Shown one piece after another: positions 1 through 8,798 of a DNA stretch of 64,000 nt. This DNA is from Candidatus Altimarinota bacterium (GTDB lineage Bacteria > Patescibacteriota > Gracilibacteria > JBDHUY01), in contig JBDHUY010000002.1 in NCBI GenBank assembly GCA_039809385.1, positions 132,058-196,057 on the forward strand, given 5' to 3'. How positions within the stretch are numbered: the first letter of the stretch is position 1; the number at the start of each line of letters is the position of its first letter. The notes beneath the pieces were generated by a model. It was not told the origin of the DNA. It ran no database searches and worked only from the letters and a program-made list of their open reading frames with translations. The translations under genes and the position numbers were made by a program.

Positions 1-477
1 TTCTTGCTCTGTTTGAGCACTTTCGATCTGGTTGCCGTCTACCAAGATACGAGTTGCGTTTGGATGAGCCATCACTGCCGGTGCTACGGTTGCTCCCAGG
101 AGCACTGAAGAAACAGCCGTGACGGGAATAGCCTTATTCCTGACAAATGACGTAACCGGACGTACGGCTTGTCGGGCCGAAGCGGTCAGGTCGGAAAAAT
201 AATCCTCGATCGTGCGCGCGGCTTGTGTATCTTTATCCTTAGGGCCGGTAAGATATTCAGTTGCTAAACGAAGCGTGCGGGTAACCGGATTATAGGTACT
301 CGAAATACTGTCGGGATCGTTGTATCCTGACAAGAAAGCCAGAGAAGGGAGCGGCTTATTACGAGTCTCCAACGACTCTGATCCCTGCAGATTGTCCGTA
401 CGATCTACGGGATTTAGTGTTTTGACTAATTCATTTCTGGGAAGCGCATCCTCGAAAGTGGTGTTTTCGGGCGACAT
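1..477 (-). CDS. Hypothetical protein, partial (runs off left edge)
   Basis: Manual translation from ATG at 477 (MSPENTTFEDALPRNELVKTLNPVDRTDNLQ...) shows no stop in the part read. Not in the ORF track because it is truncated. A TTGACA-17-TATTTT promoter-like motif lies upstream (558-530). Confidence 0.6.
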   Translation of the reverse strand, partial: MSPENTTFEDALPRNELVKTLNPVDRTDNLQGSESLETRNKPLPSLAFLSGYNDPDSISSTYNPVTRTLRLATEYLTGPKDKDTQAARTIEDYFSDLTASARQAVRPVTSFVRNKAIPVTAVSSVLLGATVAPAVMAHPNATRILVDGNQIESAQTEQE

Positions 478-617
478 ATTTGAAATATTTTAGAAAGATA
501 CGTACCGATTTCAAATTTCAAGATTTCTAAAAATACTATCGAGAACCTTCGATGTCAAGTCCATATTAGATTCTTTTGACAAAACGAACAAGTTTTTTTC
601 AGATATTTTGTTGAATC

Positions 618-2702
618 TTATCTATCAGCTTTTGAACGCAAGATAGGCTTTCCAGCACCGTTAAACTCCAGATAATAATCCGTATCATCTTGATTAACTT
701 CGATATCTGTAATAAGCGAGGGATCTCTGCCAGCTGATTGGCGAACTAACGGACTGTTTTTTATATTAACTGTTTTACCATTATTAACAAATTTTTCTAC
801 CTTAATTTCGTTTAATCCGGATGTGAAAGTAATATTTATATTATTGTTTGTTGAGGTAAAGATCAATTTTCCATTTTCTTCTTGTACAGAAACATCGAGA
901 AAACGAGTCCATCCCGGCAATCGCAGCGTTCCTGAGAGAACATTGTTTCGTTCCACGGCATTCTGATTTGCTTCAAAAAATTGGAGTAACGGATTTTCGT
1001 TCAGTTTATACTCAACAGAGCCAATTTTAAGAGACTGCAATTTGGTACCTTGTTTCTCTTGGCTTATTACCCGATCTAATGTATCCGCCGGTTTCTCTCT
1101 GACTCCTTTGAGTGCGGACATAAGAGCCAGAAAGTCACGCATTACTCCGCCTCGTTCTCCTTTTAAATCATTGAGGAGCGCCAGATTTCTCACGTATGAT
1201 TTCCAGTCTATTTTTTCATCTTCCGGAGGAGCATACCGACTGATTTGGATCAATTCTTTCATCGTAATCTTATCATTTCTGCCAAAACGAAAGAAGCTGC
1301 TACCACTTCCTTTGCGAATCAGATCCTCGGTATCAATTCCCAAACGCACACATAAACTGAGAACCTCGCGTTCCAAACTCGGAAGAAGCAGTTCGTTATT
1401 CTGATTAAGACTGGCATTATCCTCGCGATTCCCTTGGATAAGGTTAAAATCTCTGGTTTTTCGTATGTCCCTGGGCAATTCGGCTTTTTCATCCAAAAAG
1501 GTTTTGATCGCCTTCTCGGAAACATCATTGCGGGCTATGGCAGCTTGCGTCAAGAGAGTACGGATTTCGGTATAGCGTTCTTGATTGACATCTTTATACC
1601 TACTCAAAAATTCTTGCTGTAACCGATAGGCCGTAACCGGTTCAACAATCAAATCGTTCAATCGCTTTACCACATCGTAGGGCTTGGGGTCTTTTTCGCC
1701 TTTTCCCTTATTTAACTCTTTTTCAAATTCCGTTAGCTGCAGAATATCCTGAGTAGCCTTTTTTCCAACTTCGCTTTTTATTTTCTCTAAAGCCTTTAGT
1801 ACAAAAGCTTGTTTGTCTTTATCCTCTACTTTTACTGTTTGTGTCTCGGTCAGAGCGCTTATTATAGTATTGATAAGGAGATTCTCTCCTTTCTCATTCT
1901 TTTTTATTTCACCGATAAGATAGTCTATGTATTTCTGAAAATCGCCGGCTTTGCGGTAGTCAAAACTATCGCGGCCTTCGTAGGATCGCAAAAAACCGGC
2001 CAGAGTGGTATAGATCGCTCGCAAATTATCGTTGGAAAGAGCCGGCTGTTCAAGATTCGGAGGAATAGGAATAGGTGTAATAACAACCTTCCCCCTATCA
2101 ATGGTTATGTCTTGAGGAGAGGTTTGTAGTTCTAACTGTTTACTGCGGTTAACAGTGAGCTCCCTACTTTTGGTCTGAGATATTTTCTTAAGCACCACGC
2201 GGTAGGAGCCATACTTGTCGGCTTTGGCCGGGTCACCGATAGTCCAAGTATAATAACCGTTTTCAGGGTCGGATGGATTGTTTATTTTGGTAAGTGCCAC
2301 GGGACTTCCGCTAAGCAATATTCCTTTGAAATTCGAAATATATTGCTTGAGGCGGCTGTCACGATCTTTTTTGAGTTTACGACTGTTCCAGTCACTGCTT
2401 TTTTCTTCCGGATCGTTCAGGTAGCTCCATTCGGGACTTGCGGGATCCTTTCGAAAACTCTGCCACTCCCGGCCAAAGAAGTCATAGACCTGAAGATCGA
2501 CCTGCGTGATATCATTTGACTTTAAAAGATCCGGGCCGAAGGATTGCTCAATTTTTTCGGTCGTTTCGTTTTTCAGATCGATCGGCTGACTTTCAGTGGT
2601 ACTTTCAGGATCACTTCCATTTTGGTTTGCGAAAGAATTGATTTTTCTGTGCCAGATCTGAGGACCGCAGCCAAGTGTATGTATTTCAAAGAAAACGGAC
2701 AT
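618..2702 (-). CDS. Large hypothetical protein (694 aa), charged and helical
   Basis: Long ORF, AT-richer than the housekeeping genes; no recognisable motif. Confidence 0.75.
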   Translation of the reverse strand: MSVFFEIHTLGCGPQIWHRKINSFANQNGSDPESTTESQPIDLKNETTEKIEQSFGPDLLKSNDITQVDLQVYDFFGREWQSFRKDPASPEWSYLNDPEEKSSDWNSRKLKKDRDSRLKQYISNFKGILLSGSPVALTKINNPSDPENGYYTWTIGDPAKADKYGSYRVVLKKISQTKSRELTVNRSKQLELQTSPQDITIDRGKVVITPIPIPPNLEQPALSNDNLRAIYTTLAGFLRSYEGRDSFDYRKAGDFQKYIDYLIGEIKKNEKGENLLINTIISALTETQTVKVEDKDKQAFVLKALEKIKSEVGKKATQDILQLTEFEKELNKGKGEKDPKPYDVVKRLNDLIVEPVTAYRLQQEFLSRYKDVNQERYTEIRTLLTQAAIARNDVSEKAIKTFLDEKAELPRDIRKTRDFNLIQGNREDNASLNQNNELLLPSLEREVLSLCVRLGIDTEDLIRKGSGSSFFRFGRNDKITMKELIQISRYAPPEDEKIDWKSYVRNLALLNDLKGERGGVMRDFLALMSALKGVREKPADTLDRVISQEKQGTKLQSLKIGSVEYKLNENPLLQFFEANQNAVERNNVLSGTLRLPGWTRFLDVSVQEENGKLIFTSTNNNINITFTSGLNEIKVEKFVNNGKTVNIKNSPLVRQSAGRDPSLITDIEVNQDDTDYYLEFNGAGKPILRSKADR

Positions 2703-2806
2703 TTTGTTTTATTCCAAAATAGAGAATATCGTATTATGATATCACACTTCTTTCTTTTACAGCAACCTGAAAATAAGCAATCTTTCAGAAGGATTTATTG
2801 AAATGA

Positions 2807-4009
2807 CTAATCATTTTTGGGCTTAACTTTTGTACCATCAACCGTAATGGTAATTTTGGGCTTATTGGAGGGAATCGGCGTGGAGTTTGGAAGAGGAGTA
2901 GGTCGAGGAGTCGCTGCCGGCCTGCCGCCAGTGGCCGTACCTGGTCTGGCCCCGGGAGGAGAGGAACTTCTGATACGTGCAGGATCATTACCGGTAAGTC
3001 GCTTATACTCAAGATCGAGCAAATCCCGCGCGTCTTCGTGGGTATTAAAGATAACTAAACTTATTCCCTCAAATTGGTTCTTCTCGTTGACACGACCATA
3101 TCGTACTTGTTCAATCACAACTCCACAAAATCCTTTGTTTCCTCCGCTCGTTACAAATACCGGTCCGCCTGATATACCTCTAAGATCATAATTGGGATCT
3201 ATCTTGAGGCAAAAACGATTTGTCAGGGGACGATCGAGGCTCGATTGGTTATTACTACGATTTTGCGTCTGCGGTTGAGATTTTTTGATAATATACGCTA
3301 ATTCATCTACTTCATTGACCGTATATAAGCATTTTCCGGTTATCGTCATAAATCCCTCATCTCGAAAATAGCCGGATATCTTGGCTTGCTGCCCATTTAC
3401 ATCAGGGATGTCACGGAGGGAAGCTGTCGGATCATACTGAAGCGCTGAAGCTAAATTAAGTTGATAGTCCGGATTATTTTTATAGCAAACACAACTCATC
3501 AGGGCCATATCCCTGGCGCCGGCCACCGTGGTATAACGATCCGGCATATTATCGGCCACATGTTCGGCGGTGAGTATATAGAGGTTATTGGCAATATTTA
3601 CAAAACTGCCATTACCGCTACCGCCATTTGGCCCTAGTAATTGTATATTTGGAAGATTGTTTGCCTCTGCTCGAGTTATTTTTGGAAAATTCACCTGGGC
3701 CATCGGTAATTTCTCATAATTTTCCAACCAACGTCTTAACCTTGCCGATAAAACTGCTTCTTGCGCCAATGCTTGTTCCGGGGTTAAGCCCAGCAGAGTC
3801 AGGAATGCTACGACTCCGGGCACATCCCGGGTCAGAAAGTTTCTTCGCAAAGGGTCAAAGTTGGCAGGTCCTATACTCTGCAAAATCCACTTCATGATGT
3901 TTTCAAAAGGCGCCCTCAAATCCGTTAACAACCCGGAACTTATTCCTTCTTTATCAAGAAGACTTTTCGGTGGAGAGACTTCTTTACAAGTGCCCGTACT
4001 TTCCGACAT
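2807..4009 (-). CDS. Trypsin-like serine protease with twin-arginine-like leader and Pro/Thr-rich tail
   Basis: Triad motifs LTAEHV, RDMAL and GISGGP. RRNFL...hydrophobic...ALAQ segment. Start placed at ATG 4009 because TTGACA(4086-4081)-16-TAAAAT lies between it and the ORF-track start at 4099. Confidence 0.7.
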   Translation of the reverse strand: MSESTGTCKEVSPPKSLLDKEGISSGLLTDLRAPFENIMKWILQSIGPANFDPLRRNFLTRDVPGVVAFLTLLGLTPEQALAQEAVLSARLRRWLENYEKLPMAQVNFPKITRAEANNLPNIQLLGPNGGSGNGSFVNIANNLYILTAEHVADNMPDRYTTVAGARDMALMSCVCYKNNPDYQLNLASALQYDPTASLRDIPDVNGQQAKISGYFRDEGFMTITGKCLYTVNEVDELAYIIKKSQPQTQNRSNNQSSLDRPLTNRFCLKIDPNYDLRGISGGPVFVTSGGNKGFCGVVIEQVRYGRVNEKNQFEGISLVIFNTHEDARDLLDLEYKRLTGNDPARIRSSSPPGARPGTATGGRPAATPRPTPLPNSTPIPSNKPKITITVDGTKVKPKND

Positions 4010-4144
4010 ATCAGTATGTTCAACAAGAGGTAAAACTTTATTTTCCGAATTTGTCTTAATTTTAGGACAACAGTGACTTGTGTCAAGCCAACATGACATA
4101 ACCTGTAACCGTTCAGACCTTGAGGCATACCTCCAGCGGTTTCA

Positions 4145-4174
4145 TTGACAAAAAGTGTACACTCTCCGTATAAT
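4145..4174 (+). promoter_or_regulatory. Sigma70-type promoter with palindromic operator in the spacer
   Basis: TTGACA (4145-4150), 18-nt spacer containing the palindrome AGTGTACACT (4154-4163), then TATAAT (4169-4174), upstream of the antitoxin gene. Confidence 0.75.
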
Positions 4175-4209
4175 TTCGGTGTCTCTAGCTCGTTAAACAT
4201 GCAACGCCT

Positions 4210-4449
4210 ATGGAGCCACAAATCATCGGCATGAAGGCACTCAGGAACAATTTACGGAAAATTGCGGAATTAACTCAAAAGGGACATTCTTACATTGTTG
4301 TACGCAATTCAAAACCTATTTTTCGTATCAATCCGCTCATCCCAAGTCCGTCAAAAAAGTACACCCTGGCAGACTTCAAACGGCTACGATTCAAGAACAG
4401 CGACAAAAACCTGAGCAAGAACGTTGATTTGTATTTATATGGTTCCTGA
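4210..4449 (+). CDS. Phd/YefM-family type II antitoxin (no adjacent toxin)
   Basis: N-terminus IIGMKALRNNL...GHSYIVVRNSKPIFRI is the Phd/YefM pattern; C-terminus LSKNVDLYLYG. Confidence 0.75.
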   Translation: MEPQIIGMKALRNNLRKIAELTQKGHSYIVVRNSKPIFRINPLIPSPSKKYTLADFKRLRFKNSDKNLSKNVDLYLYGS

Positions 4450-4467
4450 CCATCCAGCCTCTGGGCA

Positions 4468-4792
4468 GGGCAGACACGTGGGTCTGCCCCAACCAGGGGC
4501 CCGGATCGGCCCCAACGGGAAACGGAGGTACTCCCCCACGGAGGGCTAGATTCCAACAGTCGTATAGCCAGCTCCCCTGGCCCCACCTAGCTCCTAACGC
4601 CCAACCCCAAACTCCCTTCTCCTTTCCCCTGCTTCTGCTGTAAACTGTTAGCTGTCAGCCCTTCCCTTCCCCAACTCCTAACTCCGTTCTCCCCTTCCCA
4701 ATAATTCAGGCAGACACACAGGTCTCCTCTAAGGGGGGCTGCCCTACATCAACCCAACACTCCCCTCTCCTAACTCCGCTCTCCCTACTTCC
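4468..4792. repeat. Mosaic of REP-like palindromes and 7-bp-period tracts
   Basis: GGGCAGAC-ACGTGG-GTCTGCCC at 4468-4489; a second interrupted copy at 4709-4747; CTCCTAA/CTCCCAA-type heptamer runs. Confidence 0.6.
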
Positions 4793-6820
4793 ATGTCCAC
4801 CTCCCACATTCGCAATTTCTGTATCATAGCCCATATCGATCACGGCAAATCCACACTGGCCGACCGTTTTTTGGAAGTCACCGGCACCATTTCCAAACGC
4901 GAAATGAAGCACGAACAAATGCTCGATACCATGGAGCTCGAGCAGGAACGCGGCATTACGATCAAGCTGCAACCGGTACGGATGAGCTGGAAACATAGCG
5001 GTCAGGGAGAAGGAGCTAGGGATCAGAAGCTAGAAGCTAGGGATTTCAAATCCCCTCTAGAGAGGGGTGGCCCGGAGGGCCGGGGTGTGTACCTCGAAGG
5101 CACGAACACACAAGTAACTAGCGGTCAGCGGTCAGCGATCAGCGGTCAGTTGGGACAAGAGGCCGACAGCCGACAGCTGACAGCTGGCAGCAGTGCCCCC
5201 TCCCCTAACTCACAACTCCTAACTCCCAGCTCCTACCAGTTGAATCTCATCGACACTCCCGGTCACGTCGATTTTCAATACGAAGTATCCCGGTCGCTAG
5301 CCGCTTGCGAAGGAGCGATTCTGGTGGTGGATGCCACCCAGGGCATCGAAGCCCAAACCTTGTCCAACACCTACCTGGCGCTCGAGCACAACCTCACCAT
5401 TATTCCAGTGATTAATAAGATCGATCTGCCAGCGGCTGATGTGGAAAAAGTAACCAAAGAACTGGTCGAAGTGCTGGGCATCAAACCTGAAGAAGTTATT
5501 CCGATATCGGCCAAAGAAGGCACCAATGTCGATAAGGTGCTCGACCGGATCGTCGAACTTGTCCCGCCCCCCTCATTGCATAAAGACGCCCAAGAAGTAA
5601 AAGCGCTGATCTTTGACTCGGTGTATGACAATTACAAGGGAGTCGTGACGTATATGAAAGTGGTTTCAGGTTCGATAAAAAGAGGAGACACCATGTATCT
5701 GCTTTCCAACCACCAAAAAATGGAGGTGCTCGAAGTCGGCTATTTCAGCCCGAAGTATAAAGCATGCGATACCTTAGGCGAAGGCGAGATCGGGTATATC
5801 GTGACGGGACTCAAGAGCGTGCGGGATGCGAAAGTCGGCGATACGATCTGGAAAGGCGCCGACCTGAACACCGCGGTTGCTCTGCCGGGGTACAAAAAGG
5901 TGGTGCCACTGGTGTTCGCTTCGGTATTTCCGATTGACGGCGAAGAGTACCCGGCGTTGCGTGATTCGATGGAAAAACTGAGTCTCAATGACAGCTCGTT
6001 TACGTTTGAACCCGACAACTCCCCTGCCCTGGGGCATGGTTTCCGTTGCGGTTTTTTGGGACTCTTGCATATGGAGATCGTGCAGGAGCGGCTGGAACGC
6101 GAGTATGATCTGAACCTGATCGTCACCGCACCGAGTGTTTCGTACAAAATCATTACGATCAAAGACGAGGAAGTCACCATCAGCAACCCGTCCGAGCTCC
6201 CCGACCGGTCGGTGTATCAGACGATTCTGGAACCGTATACCAAAGTTGAGATCATTACGCCGACCAAGTATCTGGGCGGGATTCTGGAACTGATCAAGGA
6301 TAAACGCGGAATTTATAAAAACACTTCCTATCTGGATACCGACCGGGTGTTGCTGACGAACGAGATTCCGCTGGCCGAGATCATTATCGACTTTTTCGAT
6401 TCGCTCAAAAGTATTTCTTCGGGATATGCCTCGATGAGCTACGAGCTGCTGGACTACCGGGCTGACGATCTGGTAAAGCTGGACGTGTTGGTGGCGGGCG
6501 ATAAGGTGGAGGCTTTAAGTAATATCGTGCATGAGAAAAAGGCGGTTTCGGTAGGAATCGATATTACCAAACGGCTGAAAGACTTGATTCCGCGGGCGCA
6601 GTTTCCGATTCCGCTGCAGGCCGGTATCGGCGCGCGGATTATTGCCCGCGAAACCATTCCTGCCTACCGCAAGGACGTGACCGGCTACCTCTACGGCGGC
6701 GACGTGTCGCGGAAAAAGAAGCTGCTCGAAAAGCAGAAAAAGGGGAAAAAGCGCATGAAGCAGATCGGCAAGATCGCTATTTCCCAAGAAGCCTTTTTGG
6801 CAGTGTTGAAGCGGGGGTAA
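4793..6820 (+). CDS. lepA: Translation factor EF-4 (LepA) with an ~75-aa in-frame insertion
   Basis: IRNFCIIAHIDHGKSTLADR, LIDTPGHVDF, GFRCGFLGLLHMEI and the C-terminal RKDV...GGDVSRKKKLLEKQKKGKKRMK. Confidence 0.98.
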   Translation: MSTSHIRNFCIIAHIDHGKSTLADRFLEVTGTISKREMKHEQMLDTMELEQERGITIKLQPVRMSWKHSGQGEGARDQKLEARDFKSPLERGGPEGRGVYLEGTNTQVTSGQRSAISGQLGQEADSRQLTAGSSAPSPNSQLLTPSSYQLNLIDTPGHVDFQYEVSRSLAACEGAILVVDATQGIEAQTLSNTYLALEHNLTIIPVINKIDLPAADVEKVTKELVEVLGIKPEEVIPISAKEGTNVDKVLDRIVELVPPPSLHKDAQEVKALIFDSVYDNYKGVVTYMKVVSGSIKRGDTMYLLSNHQKMEVLEVGYFSPKYKACDTLGEGEIGYIVTGLKSVRDAKVGDTIWKGADLNTAVALPGYKKVVPLVFASVFPIDGEEYPALRDSMEKLSLNDSSFTFEPDNSPALGHGFRCGFLGLLHMEIVQERLEREYDLNLIVTAPSVSYKIITIKDEEVTISNPSELPDRSVYQTILEPYTKVEIITPTKYLGGILELIKDKRGIYKNTSYLDTDRVLLTNEIPLAEIIIDFFDSLKSISSGYASMSYELLDYRADDLVKLDVLVAGDKVEALSNIVHEKKAVSVGIDITKRLKDLIPRAQFPIPLQAGIGARIIARETIPAYRKDVTGYLYGGDVSRKKKLLEKQKKGKKRMKQIGKIAISQEAFLAVLKRG

Positions 6821-6892
6821 GTATTATTTTTAAAAGTATCAATGGTGTATAACGCTTCATGTACAAACTAGTTATCTAAAATAAGAATTTTT

Positions 6893-7300
6893 ATGGATAT
6901 CAACTTAATTACAATCTTATTACCAATACTAGGTATTATAATTGGTGCGCTTTTACAATCGTTGCTTTCTCGTAAAAACACAAGCTATGAAAGTTTTTCA
7001 AATTTAAGATATGAAGCTTACAAAGATTATATAAATGCTGTAGCAATACTTGCGAGGTCTCAATCAGAAGCTGAAATGGCTACTGTTAATAGTAAATTAG
7101 CCGATGCCAAAGCAAGAATTGTAATATTTGGTTCAAAAGAAGTAATCCAGAATATTGCTGAACTAGAACGAGTAGGCAATGTTTTGATAAAATCAAAAGC
7201 ACTTCTAATTTTTGAAAAGATTGTAAAAGAGATGAGAGCTTCAAAAGTCAAAGTTCCAGATAAAGACATGCGAATGCTCTTATTTGGTGACCATAAATAA
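6893..7300 (+). CDS. Hypothetical protein with N-terminal TM helix
   Basis: 135-aa ORF, very AT-rich, with a hydrophobic N-terminus. Confidence 0.7.
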   Translation: MDINLITILLPILGIIIGALLQSLLSRKNTSYESFSNLRYEAYKDYINAVAILARSQSEAEMATVNSKLADAKARIVIFGSKEVIQNIAELERVGNVLIKSKALLIFEKIVKEMRASKVKVPDKDMRMLLFGDHK

Positions 7301-7519
7301 AAAAACTCCCTCTTTTGCGGTAACAGGTTCCTGAAAGAACCTCTGTCGCAGGAGCAAGAGATCCAATAAGAATCGCAAATTCAATACATTAACGAAGGAA
7401 ATAGAGACATTTGAAAGTTTTGTTTATAGACCGAAACAGGTCAGGAGACCTGTTCCTGCGAATGAAGAACGCGAGTCACATAAAAAAGGACTATAAAATA
7501 GCTCTTCGCCATAGCACCC

Positions 7520-7890
7520 CTTCTGGTTCCAAGTTGTACTTGGAACCCCACTGTCCCGTACATTACCATCGTTTGCGTGCCCAAACACCGGAGTTCTATG
7601 CACAACACATGATTGTCCAGAACGTTGCCTTTCTGGTTCCAGGTTGTACCTGGAACCTCCATGTTCCGCGCATAAACTATGTTTGAGTGCCAAAACATTG
7701 AAGCCCGCTTCTGGTTCCAAGTTGCACTTGGAACCTCAATGTTACACACCGCACCATCGTTTGGGTGCCCAAACATAGGAGTTCCATGTACAACATGGAA
7801 CTAGAAAACAAAAGAGAAACCAGAAAATACCAAAACTAAAATTTTCATAACTTTTCCCATGAGAATCTGGTTCCAGCTTGCAGCTGGAAC
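7520..7890. repeat. REP palindrome cluster upstream of the RAYT gene
   Basis: GGTTCCAAG-TTGTA-CTTGGAACC (7525), GGTTCCAGG-TTGTA-CCTGGAACC (7635), GGTTCCAAG-TTGCA-CTTGGAACC (7713), inverted AGTTCCATG-TACAA-CATGGAACT (7780) and GTTCCAGC-TTGCA-GCTGGAAC (7870). Confidence 0.9.
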
Positions 7891-7933
7891 ATTTTTGTCT
7901 TACGCTCAGAACAAATTCTTCTATATTTCCACT

Positions 7934-8509
7934 ATGCCTTCACCGCGCATCAGCACATCTTTTCCAAATGACATCTACTTTCTCACCTGCACTGTCATCG
8001 AATGGATCGATATTTTTACCAAACCCGAGTATTTTCGTGTGCTAACGGATAGCCTAACATTCTGCCAGAAACAGAAGGGACTGATTGTTTATGCATACGT
8101 CTTTATGACCAACCATATCCATTTTATCGCTCAATCAAATCAAAGCCCTTTGCATGCAATCATACGAGATTTCAAAAGACATACCACAAAAGAGATCAAG
8201 AAGCTTCTGCTAACAGACAATCGCCACTATATTAATACACTCCTCTCTCATTCCTACGCCAGAAAACATGGTTCGGATTTTCAGATCTGGCAGCGCGAAA
8301 ACTTTGCCGAACACATTCAGAGCGAAGCCATGATGCTTTCCAAAGTAGAATATATTCATCAAAATCCGGTCAAGAAGAACTATGTTATACAACCGGAAAA
8401 CTGGTTCTATTCATCGGCACGATTCTATACGATGAATAACGAAGATCTGGTGAAATTGCATCGTTTGAGTGGTGAAAACATAGTAGTTCCAGGTACAACC
8501 TGGAACTAG
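7934..8509 (+). mobile_element. REP-associated tyrosine transposase (RAYT, Y1/HUH, IS200-like)
   Basis: IYFLTCTV, YVFMTNHIH (HUH), DFKRHT, IWQR and YIHQNPVK (catalytic Tyr), WFYSSA; flanked by palindromes. Confidence 0.92.
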
Positions 8510-8696
8510 AAAATACGCCAGTCCCTGCCGGCAGCTTTTCACAAAAAACGACTTCAAAATTCCACGTACACAAAAACACCGACATATTGTCAAAAAAATA
8601 TCCCTCTCTGGTTCCAAGTTGCACTTGGAACCCCACTGTCCCGCACATTACAATCGTTCGAGTGCCCAAACACCGGAGTTCTATGTACAACACATG
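8484..8696. repeat. REP palindromes downstream of RAYT, including an ~90-bp near-copy of 7520-7610
   Basis: TAGTTCCAGG-TACAA-CCTGGAACTA at 8484-8508; GGTTCCAAG-TTGCA-CTTGGAACCCCACTGTCCCG...CAACACATG at 8610-8696. Confidence 0.9.
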
Positions 8697-8798
8697 GCGG
8701 GTTCAGGTTTCTTGATTGTATCGAACCAAGTTTTCGAATTATCAAGATACTCAGTTGTAAAAGATTGAATGCTAACTTAGAATGCTTCACTATAGAAA

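Noticed and set aside
4994-5233. lepA insert as an intein or group I/II intron
   Set aside because: It has no C/S-start plus HN-end splice motifs, it is too short, and no intron core is visible. It is composed of local repeat types.
7411-7776. Short ORFs with repeated VPxxTWN peptides
   Set aside because: They are translations of the REP palindromes, not proteins.
7520-8696. Spaced palindromic repeats as a CRISPR array
   Set aside because: Spacing is irregular, both orientations occur, the 'spacers' resemble each other, there are no cas genes, and the adjacent RAYT explains them.
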